This document shows, one piece after another, positions 8,047 through 16,226 of a stretch of DNA of 32,000 bases. The notes beneath the pieces are model-generated. The model was given only the letters and a program-made list of their open reading frames with translations. It ran no database searches and had not been told where the DNA came from. Position numbers and translations under genes: made by a program. Origin of the DNA: Kineococcus radiotolerans SRS30216 = ATCC BAA-149 (GTDB lineage Bacteria; Actinomycetota; Actinomycetes; Actinomycetales; Kineococcaceae). Each line of letters begins with the position of its first letter. Position 1 is the stretch's first letter. The stretch lies in the NCBI RefSeq assembly GCF_000017305.1, contig NC_009664.2, positions 3,540,001 to 3,572,000 on the forward strand, given 5' to 3'.

Positions 8047-9350
8047 GGATCTGCTTCGTCAGCCGTCGCTACTGGCCCGCGGTGTCGGGCATGAGCGTCT
8101 ACGCGGAGAAGCTGCTCGAGGGGCTCGTGGCCCGCGGCCACGACGTCGTGCTGGTCTCGCAGTTCCGCGGCGACCCCACCGGCAGCGCCGTCTACGGCGG
8201 CGGGCCGCCGCCGGCGGACCGGGTCCCGGCGGGGGTGCGCGCGGTGGGCCTGGAGGCGCTGGGGGAGCAGCGCGTCGCCGACGGCTCACCCGCCGACTTC
8301 GACGCCGACATCGCCGCGATGCGCGCCACCGTCGAGCGCCTGCACGCCGAGGAACCCTTCGACCTCCTGCACGCCCAGTACGCCTGGCCCACCGGGATGG
8401 CGGTGCTGGAGGCCTCCGCCGCGCTGGGGCTGCCCTCGGTGGTCAGCGTCCAGGGCGGCGACGGGCACTGGGTCGGGCTGTGCTGCCCGGCGCACTCCCT
8501 GGGCATCCGGACCGTCCTGGACCGCGCGGGGGCGGTGCTCATCGGCTCGCGGACCTTCGCCGACGAGGTCGTCGAGCACCACGGCACCGACCCCGCCCGC
8601 TTCGACCTCGTGGGCGGGGCCACCGACACCGGCGCGTTCCGCCCCGCCGACGACGCCGCCGCGGGGTCGCTGCCGGGCGCGGGCCCGGTGACGCTGCTGT
8701 TCCACGGCCGGGTGGACCGCCGCAAGGGGGTCCTGGACCTCCTCCACGCTCTGGCCACCCTGCGCGCGGAGGAGCGCGACGTGCGGCTGCTGGTCTCCGG
8801 GATCGGGCCCGACGTCACCGCCGTCGCCGACCTCGTCGCGGAGCTGGGGCTGGGCGGGGCCGTCGAGCAGCGCGGCTACGTCCCCTACCCCGACGCCCCG
8901 GCCGTCTACCGCGACGGGCACGTGTTCGTCTCGCCCACCCAGTCCGAGGGCTTCTCCAACACCATCCTCGAGGCGATGGCCGCGGGCCTGCCCGTGGTGA
9001 CGACCCGCACCGTCGGGGTCGTCGACTGCGTGCGCGACGGCGAGAACGGCCTGCTGCACGAGGTGGGCGACGTCGCGGGCCTCGTCGCGGCGCTGCGCCG
9101 GCTGCTCGACGAGCCGGCGCTGGGCCCGGAGCTGGCCCGGCGGGCGCTCACCGAGGTGCGCGACGTCTGGTCCTGGCCGGCGCTCACGGCGCGCGTCGAG
9201 GCGGTCTACGAGCGGGTGGCCGGGAGCGCCCCGGACACCTCGTGGACCGGGCTCGAACCGGCGCGGCGCCCGACCAGCGCGGGGCGGGGGATCGAACCCG
9301 CCACCGCCGACGCCGACTGCCGGTTCCTCCGCACCCCCCACCTGCTGTGA
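8043..9350 (+). CDS. Glycosyltransferase family 4 (GT-B fold, retaining)
   Basis: The N-terminus VRICFVSRRYWPAVSGMSVYAEKL is typical of GT4. The E-x7-E motif SEGFSNTILEAMAAGLPVV is present. The GTG at 8043 forms a GTGA overlap with the YcaO stop and has GGAGGGG upstream; an alternative GTG lies at 8034. Confidence 0.85.
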   Translation: MRICFVSRRYWPAVSGMSVYAEKLLEGLVARGHDVVLVSQFRGDPTGSAVYGGGPPPADRVPAGVRAVGLEALGEQRVADGSPADFDADIAAMRATVERLHAEEPFDLLHAQYAWPTGMAVLEASAALGLPSVVSVQGGDGHWVGLCCPAHSLGIRTVLDRAGAVLIGSRTFADEVVEHHGTDPARFDLVGGATDTGAFRPADDAAAGSLPGAGPVTLLFHGRVDRRKGVLDLLHALATLRAEERDVRLLVSGIGPDVTAVADLVAELGLGGAVEQRGYVPYPDAPAVYRDGHVFVSPTQSEGFSNTILEAMAAGLPVVTTRTVGVVDCVRDGENGLLHEVGDVAGLVAALRRLLDEPALGPELARRALTEVRDVWSWPALTARVEAVYERVAGSAPDTSWTGLEPARRPTSAGRGIEPATADADCRFLRTPHLL

Positions 9351-10108
9351 GCCCCGCCGAGACCGCCGGGCGCGCGGTGCGGGTCGTGGCGGTGTCCCCG
9401 CACCTGGACGACGCCGCGTTCTCCGCCGGGGGGCTGCTGGCGGGGCTGGCCGCGGCGGGGGCGGAGGTCCACGTCGTGACGGTGTTCACCGCCACCGTGC
9501 CCGGCCCCACGGGCTTCGCCCTGGCCTGCCAGACCGACAAGGGGCTGCCCCCCGAGGTGGACTACATGGCGCTGCGCCGCGCCGAGGACGCCGCCGCCAC
9601 CGCGGCGCTGGGGGTGCGGGGCCGGCACCTGCCCCTGGCCGAGGCCCCGCACCGCGGGTACGGCAGCCCCGCGGCGCTCTTCGGCCCCGTCGCGCCCGGC
9701 GACGAGGACGGCCCCGACGTCGTGCGCGCCGCCCTGGCCGAGGTGCTGGACGGGTTCCCCGGCCCGGTGGACCTGCTCCTGGGGCCGCAGGCCCTCGGCG
9801 ACCACGTCGACCACCGCCACGTCCGCGCCGCGGTGGACGCCCTCACCCACGACCGCGGCCTGCCGCTGGCGCGCTGGGCCGACACCCCCTACGTGCTGCG
9901 TCCGGGCGCCGACGCCCCCGCCGGGTCCCCCCGGTACCCGACGGGGGAGGAGCTCGACGCCAAGGTCGAGGCCTGCGCCGCCTACGCGACGCAGCTGGGC
10001 TTCCAGTTCGACGGGCCGGCCGCGATGACCCGCGCCCTGCGGGCGCTGCCGGAGACCTTCGACCCGCCGCTGCCGGTGCGGGCGGCGGGCCCGCACGCCG
10101 GGGACTGA
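9347..10108 (+). CDS. PIG-L/LmbE family N-acetylglucosaminyl deacetylase
   Basis: GTGA overlap with the GT4 stop. Motifs VVAVSPHLDDAAFSAGG and GDHVDHRHV match the PIG-L zinc-binding signature. Confidence 0.85.
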   Translation: MSPAETAGRAVRVVAVSPHLDDAAFSAGGLLAGLAAAGAEVHVVTVFTATVPGPTGFALACQTDKGLPPEVDYMALRRAEDAAATAALGVRGRHLPLAEAPHRGYGSPAALFGPVAPGDEDGPDVVRAALAEVLDGFPGPVDLLLGPQALGDHVDHRHVRAAVDALTHDRGLPLARWADTPYVLRPGADAPAGSPRYPTGEELDAKVEACAAYATQLGFQFDGPAAMTRALRALPETFDPPLPVRAAGPHAGD

Positions 10109-10116
10109 CCCCGCTC

Positions 10117-10146
10117 GATCGTCCCGCGCCGCGGCGCGGGACGATC
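10117..10146. terminator. Perfect 30-nt palindrome (13-bp stem, CGCG loop) after the PIG-L gene; candidate terminator or operator
   Basis: gatcgtcccgcgc-cgcg-gcgcgggacgatc, read directly from the sequence. It starts 9 nt after the stop at 10108 and ends 53 nt before the next start codon. Confidence 0.5.
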
Positions 10147-10198
10147 CCCCCGCACGGTCGCCGGGCGGCGGCGCCGGCGATCGACAGGAGGCCGGCCC

Positions 10199-11674
10199 GT
10201 GGACGGACCCACCGAGGCGTTGCTGCTGCACCGGGTCCGGCGGGCGGGACGGGTCTGCGACGTCCTGCTCGCCGGGGGCCGCGTCGTCGCCGTCGGCGAC
10301 GACCTGCGCGCGGCCGCGACCGGGCTGGACCCGCTGGGGGCGGTGGAGGTCGTCGACGCCGGTGGGGCGGTCCTGCTGCCCGGGCTGGTCGACTCCCACG
10401 TCCACCTCACGCAGTGGGCCGCGGCCCGCCGCCGCGTCGACGTCCTGGCCGCGACGTCGGCCGCCGAGGCCGCGGACCTGCTGGCCCGGCACGCCGGGCC
10501 GGGCACCGACCTCGTGCTGGGGCACGGGTACCGGGACGCGCTGTGGAGCGGGCCCGCCCACCGGGACGTGCTGGACGTGCGGTTCCCCGACCGGCCCGTC
10601 GTCGTGGTGAGCGCGGACCTGCACGCCGTCTGGGTGAACTCCCCCGCCGCCGCCCGCTTCGGCGTCGCCGACCCCACCGGGGTGCTGCGGGAGGGACCCG
10701 CGATGGAACTCATCGCCGCCGCCGGCGACGTGGGGGAGGCCACGCTGGACCGCTGGGTCGCGGAGGCGACGACGGTCGCCGCCGCCCGCGGGGTCACCGG
10801 CGTGGTGGACCTGGAGTTCGCCCCGATCGGCACCTGGAGCCACCGGGCCCGCCCCGACGTGCGGATCGCCGCCGGCGTCTGGCCGCAGTGGCTGGAGGAG
10901 GCGGTCGCGGCGGGGCTGCGCACCGGCGACGCCGTCCCCGGCGCCCCGGACCGGGTGCGGGTGGGCCCGGTGAAGTTCGTCGTCGACGGGTCGCTGGGCA
11001 CCCGGACGGCGTTCTGCCACGACGAGTACCCCTCCGGCGGCCACGGCGTGCTGCGGATCCCCCTCGCGGAGCTGGAACCCGGACTGCGCCGCGCCACCTC
11101 CCACGGGCTGACCGCCGCCGTCCACGCCATCGGCGACGACGCCGTCCGCGTCGCCCTCGACGGCTTCGAGGCCACCGGCGCGCGCGGCAGCGTGGAGCAC
11201 GCCCAGCAGGTCCACCCCGAGGACCTGCCCCGCTTCGCCCGCCTCGGCGTCCTCGCCAGCGTCCAGCCGCGCCACGCCGTCGACGACCGCGACGCCGTGG
11301 CGCGGCACTGGCCCCGCGGGGCCGAGCGGGCCTACCCCTACGCCGCGCTGCGGGCGGCCGGCGCGGAGCTGCGGCTGGGCTCCGACGCCCCCGTCGCGCC
11401 GCTGGACCCGTGGGACGCCCTGGCCAGCGCGGTGCACCGCAGCCTCGACGAGCGCGAACCCTGGCGACCCGACCAGCACCTGCCCCTCGACGTCGCGCTC
11501 GCGGCGGGCTGCGGGGGCCGGCGCGGCGTGCACGTGGGCGACGTCGCCGACCTGACCCTCGTCGCGGTCGACCCCGCGCGCGCGTTCGCGGACGGGGGAG
11601 CGGACGCCCTGCGCCGCACCGAGGTCCTCGCCACCGTCCTCGGCGGGGAGTTCACCCACCGGGCCGGGGTCTGA
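10199..11674 (+). CDS. Amidohydrolase family protein (YtcJ-like, Amidohydro_3 type metal-dependent hydrolase)
   Basis: CAGGAGG RBS upstream of the GTG. Motifs LLPGLVDSHVHL, VHAIGDDAVRVALDGFE and GSVEHAQ are present. Confidence 0.85.
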   Translation: MDGPTEALLLHRVRRAGRVCDVLLAGGRVVAVGDDLRAAATGLDPLGAVEVVDAGGAVLLPGLVDSHVHLTQWAAARRRVDVLAATSAAEAADLLARHAGPGTDLVLGHGYRDALWSGPAHRDVLDVRFPDRPVVVVSADLHAVWVNSPAAARFGVADPTGVLREGPAMELIAAAGDVGEATLDRWVAEATTVAAARGVTGVVDLEFAPIGTWSHRARPDVRIAAGVWPQWLEEAVAAGLRTGDAVPGAPDRVRVGPVKFVVDGSLGTRTAFCHDEYPSGGHGVLRIPLAELEPGLRRATSHGLTAAVHAIGDDAVRVALDGFEATGARGSVEHAQQVHPEDLPRFARLGVLASVQPRHAVDDRDAVARHWPRGAERAYPYAALRAAGAELRLGSDAPVAPLDPWDALASAVHRSLDEREPWRPDQHLPLDVALAAGCGGRRGVHVGDVADLTLVAVDPARAFADGGADALRRTEVLATVLGGEFTHRAGV

Positions 11675-12564
11675 CCTCCGACAGCGGCCGCCCGCTGCGC
11701 TCCTCGAGCAGCGCGGCGGCCAGCAGCTCCCCGTCGACGGGCCCGAACCGGGCCAGCGCCTCCCGGTGCAGCCGCGTCACCTCCCGGGCCAGGCCGAAGG
11801 GGGTGCCGTGCTCGGCGGCCAGCCCGTCGAGGACCTCCAGCTCCTCCACGCAGCGGTCGAGGCCGAAGTCGCGCAGGTGGTCCCCGCGCAGCAGGGAGTC
11901 GACGTGGCGCTGCAGGAACGCGCTGTCGCCGGCGGACCCGGCCCAACGCGTCCCGGACGGCGCCCACGTCCAGCCCGGCGTCGCGGGCCAGCAGCAGGGA
12001 CTCGGTCACGGCCACCGACTGCCCGAACCACAGCAGGTTCGCCAGCAGCTTCACCAGCTGACCCGCCCCGGGGGAGCCACCGGCGCGCCGGATCGACCCG
12101 CCCCCGCGGCTGAGCTCCACCAGCAGCGGCAGGACCCGCTCCACGTCCGCGTCGGCGCCGCCCACGAAGAGGTCCAGCGATCCCGCCGCGGCCCCGGCCG
12201 GGCCCCCGCCCATCGCCGCGCCGACGGCACCGACCCCGGCGCGGTGCAGGCGCGCGGCGAGGTCGTCGGTCGTGCGGGGGTCCCCGCTGGTGAGGTCCAG
12301 CCACACCGACCCCGGGCGCAGGGCGGCCAGCACCTCCGCGGCGTCGCGGACCTCCGCGGCGCCGGGGAGGACGGTGACGAGGACGTCGGCGCCGAGCGCG
12401 ACCTCCCGCGCCCCACCGACGTCGGCCCCCGCGGCGCGCGCGGCCCCCGCCCGCTCCGGGTCCGGGTCGGAGGCGGTGACGCGGTGACCGGCGGCGAGGA
12501 ACCGCCGCAGCACCGGCAGGCCCATCCGGCCCACGCCCAGGACCCCGACCACCCCGTCGACCAC
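11652..12564 (-). pseudogene. NAD(P)-dependent oxidoreductase (3-hydroxyisobutyrate dehydrogenase-like), disrupted by a +1 frameshift near 11937-11943
   Basis: The N-terminal part (GTG 12564, GGAGGGG RBS) reads VVGVLGVGRMGLPVLRRFLAAGHRV...AVRDALG and then becomes Arg-rich nonsense. The homologous C-terminus (GSAGDSAFLQRHVDSLLRGDHLRDFGLDRCVEELEVLDGLAAEHGTPFGL...) continues in the adjacent frame to the stop at 11652. Confidence 0.7.
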
Positions 12565-12655
12565 CGTGACGTCCCCTCCGGCGGTGCCCGCCGCGGTCAC
12601 CCCGCGCCCAGGGTGGCAGGGCCGGCGCGTCGGCGCCGCGTGCCACAGTGGGGCC

Positions 12656-13687
12656 GTGCCCGCCAAGACCTCCGGCAAGAGCCCCGCCAAGAAGGCCGCC
12701 GCGGCGCTCACGACCTCCCCCCACGACCTCGCCCCCGCCCCGGTGGTGCTCCTCGCCGGCTCCGAGGAGCACCTCGCCGACCGCGCCCTCAGCGCCCTCA
12801 CCACCCGCATGCGCGAGCTCGACCCCACCTTCGAGCGCACCGACGTCTCCGCCGCCGGGTACCAGAAGGGGCAGCTGGCGACGTGGACGTCCCCCTCGCT
12901 GTTCGACGAGCGGTCCCTCGTCCTCGTCGACGGGGTCGACGTCGCCAGCGACGCCTTCGTCGAGGACGTCCTGGACTACCTCACCGCCCCCGCCGAGACG
13001 GTCGTGCTCGTCCTGCGCCACCGCGGCGGCAACAAGGCCAAGAAGGTCCTCGACGTCGCCCGGGGCGTCCCGGGGGTCGCGGAGGTCTCCTGCCAGCCGC
13101 TGAAGCGGGACCAGGAGAAGGTCGACCTCGTCCTCGCCGACGTCCGCCGCGCCCGCCGCCGCATCGACCTCGACGCCGCCCGGGCCCTCGTCGCGGCCCT
13201 GGGCAGCGACCTGGGGGAGCTGGTGGCCGCGGTGGACCAGCTGCTCACCGACACCGACGGCACCATCACCGAGGACGCCGTGCACCGCTACCACGGGGGC
13301 CGGCGGGAGGCCACGGGCTTCGAGGTGGCCGACGCGGCCGTGGAGGGCCGGACCGGGCAGGCCCTGGTGCTCGTGCGGCACGCGGCGGCGACGGGCGTGC
13401 CGCCGGTGCTGGTGGTCGCGGCGCTCGCGGCCCGGCTGCGCCAGCTCGCGCGGGTCGCCGCGGCGGGGCGAGGACGCTCCGCGGACGTGGCGCGCGACCT
13501 GGGCATGGCCCCCTGGCTGATCGACCGGGCCCGCCGGGACCTGCTGCACCTCTCCCCGGAGGGGCTGGGGGAGGCGATCCTCGCCGTCGCCGCCGCCGAC
13601 CACGCCGTCAAGGGCGGGGGAGCCGACCCCCAGCACGCGCTGGAGAGGGCGGTGCGCATCGTCGGGGAGGCCCGCAGCACCCCCTGA
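12656..13687 (+). CDS. holA: DNA polymerase III subunit delta
   Basis: The sequence has the length and layout of delta subunits: VVLLAGSEEHLADRAL...SLFDERSLVLVDG...LGSDLGELVAAVDQLL...GFEVADAAVEGRTGQAL. The start is set at the in-frame GTG 12656; the ORF-track start at 12566 would overlap the divergent gene. Confidence 0.8.
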   Translation: MPAKTSGKSPAKKAAAALTTSPHDLAPAPVVLLAGSEEHLADRALSALTTRMRELDPTFERTDVSAAGYQKGQLATWTSPSLFDERSLVLVDGVDVASDAFVEDVLDYLTAPAETVVLVLRHRGGNKAKKVLDVARGVPGVAEVSCQPLKRDQEKVDLVLADVRRARRRIDLDAARALVAALGSDLGELVAAVDQLLTDTDGTITEDAVHRYHGGRREATGFEVADAAVEGRTGQALVLVRHAAATGVPPVLVVAALAARLRQLARVAAAGRGRSADVARDLGMAPWLIDRARRDLLHLSPEGLGEAILAVAAADHAVKGGGADPQHALERAVRIVGEARSTP

Positions 13688-13709
13688 CGCGCCTCCCGGC
13701 CCCCGGACG

Positions 13710-13749
13710 CACGGAGGGCCGGCCCCCGAGCGGGGACCGGCCCTCCGTG
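13710..13749. terminator. Bidirectional terminator hairpin between convergent holA and rpsT
   Basis: cacggagggccgg ... ccggccctccgtg forms a perfect 13-bp stem, with an inner cccc(g)/(c)gggg extension. Confidence 0.6.
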
Positions 13750-13762
13750 AGGGATCCGGGGA

Positions 13763-14023
13763 TCAGACCTTGGCCGCGGCCTTGGCGATGGCCGACTTGC
13801 GGTTGGCGGCCTGGTTCTTGTGGATGACGCCCTTGCTCACGGCCTTGTCGAGCTTCTTGCTCGCCAGGGCCAGAGCGGCCTGCGCCTTCTCGGCGTCGCC
13901 GGCGGCGAGCGCCTCACGGAAACCGCGCACGACGGTGCGCAGCTCCGACTTGACGGCCTTGTTGCGCAGGCGCGCCTTCTCGTTGGTGAGGATGCGCTTC
14001 TTCTGCGACTTGATGTTCGCCAC
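13763..14023 (-). CDS. rpsT: 30S ribosomal protein S20
   Basis: [30 protein letters not shown]...[23 protein letters not shown] is an unmistakable S20 sequence of 86 aa. Confidence 0.95.
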   Translation of the reverse strand: MANIKSQKKRILTNEKARLRNKAVKSELRTVVRGFREALAAGDAEKAQAALALASKKLDKAVSKGVIHKNQAANRKSAIAKAAAKV

Positions 14024-14260
14024 GTGTTTCCGTCTTCCTGTCGATCGCTGATCGGTGTCAGAGGGCGGTCGCTCCACCGGGGACTTCCGGCGTGGGGACA
14101 CCGGGAGGGACGGCGGGAGACCGTGACCTCCGCACTGAGGCGAAGGCACCGTCAAGACTAGCAGCGACCGGGCCCCTCCCTCGACGCCGCGACGACGGGC
14201 CCGGCGTGCGACGCGGGCCGCGGCGTGGTCTCGTGCTCCCGGGAACCACGAGGAGGAACC

Positions 14261-15088
14261 ATGGGTCTGCTGAGCCGGTTGTTCGGACGCGGGGAGTCCC
14301 GCACGTCGCCACCGCCGTACGCCCGCAGCGCGCCGCCGCCCGCCGCCGCGCCGCGCAGCGCCGCGGGGGGCGGGGACGCCGACGCCGCGGCCATCGCCCG
14401 CTACCGCTACATGCTGCGGACCGCGCCGCCGGACCAGGTGGAGCAGGCCCACGCCGAGGCCTTCGAGCGGCTGACGCCGCAGCAGCGCCGGCAGGTCCTG
14501 GAGCAGCTGTCCGCGGTCGTGCCGGCCTCGGAGCAGCACGGCGACGACCCGCGCTCGCTGGCGCGCGCCGCCACCCGCGCCGAGGTCCGCCAGCCCGGCA
14601 CCCTGGTGCAGATCTTCAACGGTCCCGGCGGCGGGTACGGCGGCGGTGGCTACGGCGGCGGGTTCGGCGGGGGCGGCTACGGCCGGGGCGGCGGGTTCGG
14701 CGGCGGGTTCGGCGGCGGCGGGATGGGGATGGGTCTGGGCGGCAGCCTGCTGGCCGGTGTCGCCGGCGCCTTCGTCGGCACCGCCATCGCCGACGCGCTG
14801 ATCCCCGACGACTTCGGCAACGAGCACTGGGGCGACGACCAGGCCTACGAGGCCGGCGAGCAGCAGGGCTACGACGAGGGCTACCAGGACGGCGAGCAGC
14901 AGGACGGCGACCAGGGCGGGGACCAGGGGGTGGACACCACCGACGTCGGGTACGACGGGGGCGGCTACGACGAGGGCCTCGGCCAGGGCTTCGACCAGGG
15001 CGGCTACGAGCCCAGCTTCGACGACGGCGGCTTCGGCGGGGGCGGCTTCGACGACGGCGGCTTCGACGGCGGCGACGTGGACGTCTGA
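14261..15088 (+). CDS. Hypothetical protein with a glycine-rich (GGYGGG/GGFGGG) core and an acidic Asp/Glu/Gln/Gly-rich tail
   Basis: ATG at 14261 with an AGGAGG RBS. The N-terminal helical segment is MGLLSRLFG...[12 protein letters not shown], followed by Gly repeats, one hydrophobic stretch ([18 protein letters not shown]) and an acidic low-complexity tail. Possibly DUF2076-like, but I cannot verify this. Confidence 0.65.
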   Translation: MGLLSRLFGRGESRTSPPPYARSAPPPAAAPRSAAGGGDADAAAIARYRYMLRTAPPDQVEQAHAEAFERLTPQQRRQVLEQLSAVVPASEQHGDDPRSLARAATRAEVRQPGTLVQIFNGPGGGYGGGGYGGGFGGGGYGRGGGFGGGFGGGGMGMGLGGSLLAGVAGAFVGTAIADALIPDDFGNEHWGDDQAYEAGEQQGYDEGYQDGEQQDGDQGGDQGVDTTDVGYDGGGYDEGLGQGFDQGGYEPSFDDGGFGGGGFDDGGFDGGDVDV

Positions 15089-15137
15089 CCGGCCCCCGCG
15101 GAGGCCTCGGCGGGCGTCCTCGCGGTCCGCGCCCGCC

Positions 15138-16121
15138 TCACTCCGCGGGCGCGGGCGCGGGGGAGGCCGTCCCGCGGGTGCGCCGACGGCGCAGCAGCAG
15201 CAGCGGGACGGCCACCAGCGCCAGCGGGACGGCGAAGGGGATCAGCGCCCCCACCACCACGGAGACGACGCGCAGCGACTCCCCCAGGGCGCGCCAGCCG
15301 GCCACGAGCCCGCCGGTGAACCCCGGCTCGCCGGCCGCGACGACCGCCGTCGCCGCCTCCCGGGTCAGCGTCACCTCGACCGTGGCCAGCGCCACCTGGT
15401 CGGCCAGCACCCGCTGACGGGCCTGCAGCGCCTCCAGGTCGGCCTGCCGGCGGGCGATCTCGCCCTCCACGGCCAGGACGTCGGCGATGGTGCGGGCCTG
15501 CGGCAGCTGGTCGCGGAAGGTCGCCAGGACGGCCCGGGCGGAGGCGACCCGGCTGTCCACGTCGGCGACCTCGGCGGTGACGTCGGTGGCCGACGTGGAC
15601 CGCTCGGTCTGCCGGCCCAGGGCGGCGATGCCGTCCAGGACGCCGTCGAAGGCGGCGGAGGGCACCCGCAGGGTCAGCCGGGCGTGCTCGCCGTCCGGTT
15701 CCCCGGAACCGCCCGCGCGGCTGGCCGCGACCACCCCGCCGGCGGTGGTGACGAGGTCCTCCACCGCGGCCTGCGCCGCCGCCGGGTCCGCGACCTCCAC
15801 CCCCAGGGTGGCGGTGGAGACGACGGCGCGCGCCGCCCCGCCCACCAGCGCGGCCGGATCGGCGGCCGGAGCGGCGGCCGCCGTGCCGGCGCTGTCCAGC
15901 GCCGCCACCGCCGCGCCCGAGTCCGCGCCCGAGCTCTCGCCGGAGCCCCCGCCGGCGGCGGGGGCGCTGTCCGCGGCGGAGGACCCCCCGCCGGAGTCGG
16001 AGCCGTACCCGCTGCAGGCCGTGGCGCCGAGCAGCAGGGCCGCGAGGAGCGCCGGGACGGCCAGGGCGGTCCGGCGCCGGGCCGGGGCGCGGGTGGGGGA
16101 GAGGGGGGTCAGCGCGGGCAC
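15138..16121 (-). CDS. DUF4349 domain-containing putative lipoprotein/membrane-anchored protein
   Basis: GTG at 16121 with GGAGG 6 nt upstream. A signal peptide ends in LLGATAC. A coiled-coil middle section resembles DUF4349 ([19 protein letters not shown]...[15 protein letters not shown]). There is a C-terminal TM helix followed by RRRR. Confidence 0.75.
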   Translation of the reverse strand: MPALTPLSPTRAPARRRTALAVPALLAALLLGATACSGYGSDSGGGSSAADSAPAAGGGSGESSGADSGAAVAALDSAGTAAAAPAADPAALVGGAARAVVSTATLGVEVADPAAAQAAVEDLVTTAGGVVAASRAGGSGEPDGEHARLTLRVPSAAFDGVLDGIAALGRQTERSTSATDVTAEVADVDSRVASARAVLATFRDQLPQARTIADVLAVEGEIARRQADLEALQARQRVLADQVALATVEVTLTREAATAVVAAGEPGFTGGLVAGWRALGESLRVVSVVVGALIPFAVPLALVAVPLLLLRRRRTRGTASPAPAPAE

Positions 16122-16226
16122 CGGGCACCTCCAGCGGGTTCGGTCGCCGTGACCGTGGGGGTGGGACGCCGCCGCGCGCCGGGCGGTTCCGCGCGGGCGG
16201 ACGGCCCGGGGACCGGACGTGCGACG

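Noticed and set aside
9206-11659. 817-aa minus-strand ORF, together with the 1137-aa plus-strand ORF at 10414-13827
   Set aside because: Both are antisense or out of frame relative to the PIG-L, amidohydrolase, dehydrogenase and holA genes. Their poly-Arg/Pro/Gly translations are typical of non-coding frames in high-GC DNA.
14024-14260. Possible promoter or structured leader for rpsT (a TTGACG hexamer on the minus strand near 14150 and a small cgatc/gatcg hairpin at 14042-14054)
   Set aside because: There is no acceptable -10 hexamer at 16-19 bp from the TTGACG, and the hairpin is only 5 bp. The evidence is insufficient to call a feature.
14092-15417. 441-aa plus-strand ORF overlapping the glycine-rich gene in another frame
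   Set aside because: It is Arg-rich nonsense produced by reading the GGC-repeat DNA out of frame. The 14261-15088 frame has an AGGAGG RBS and a sensible N-terminus.
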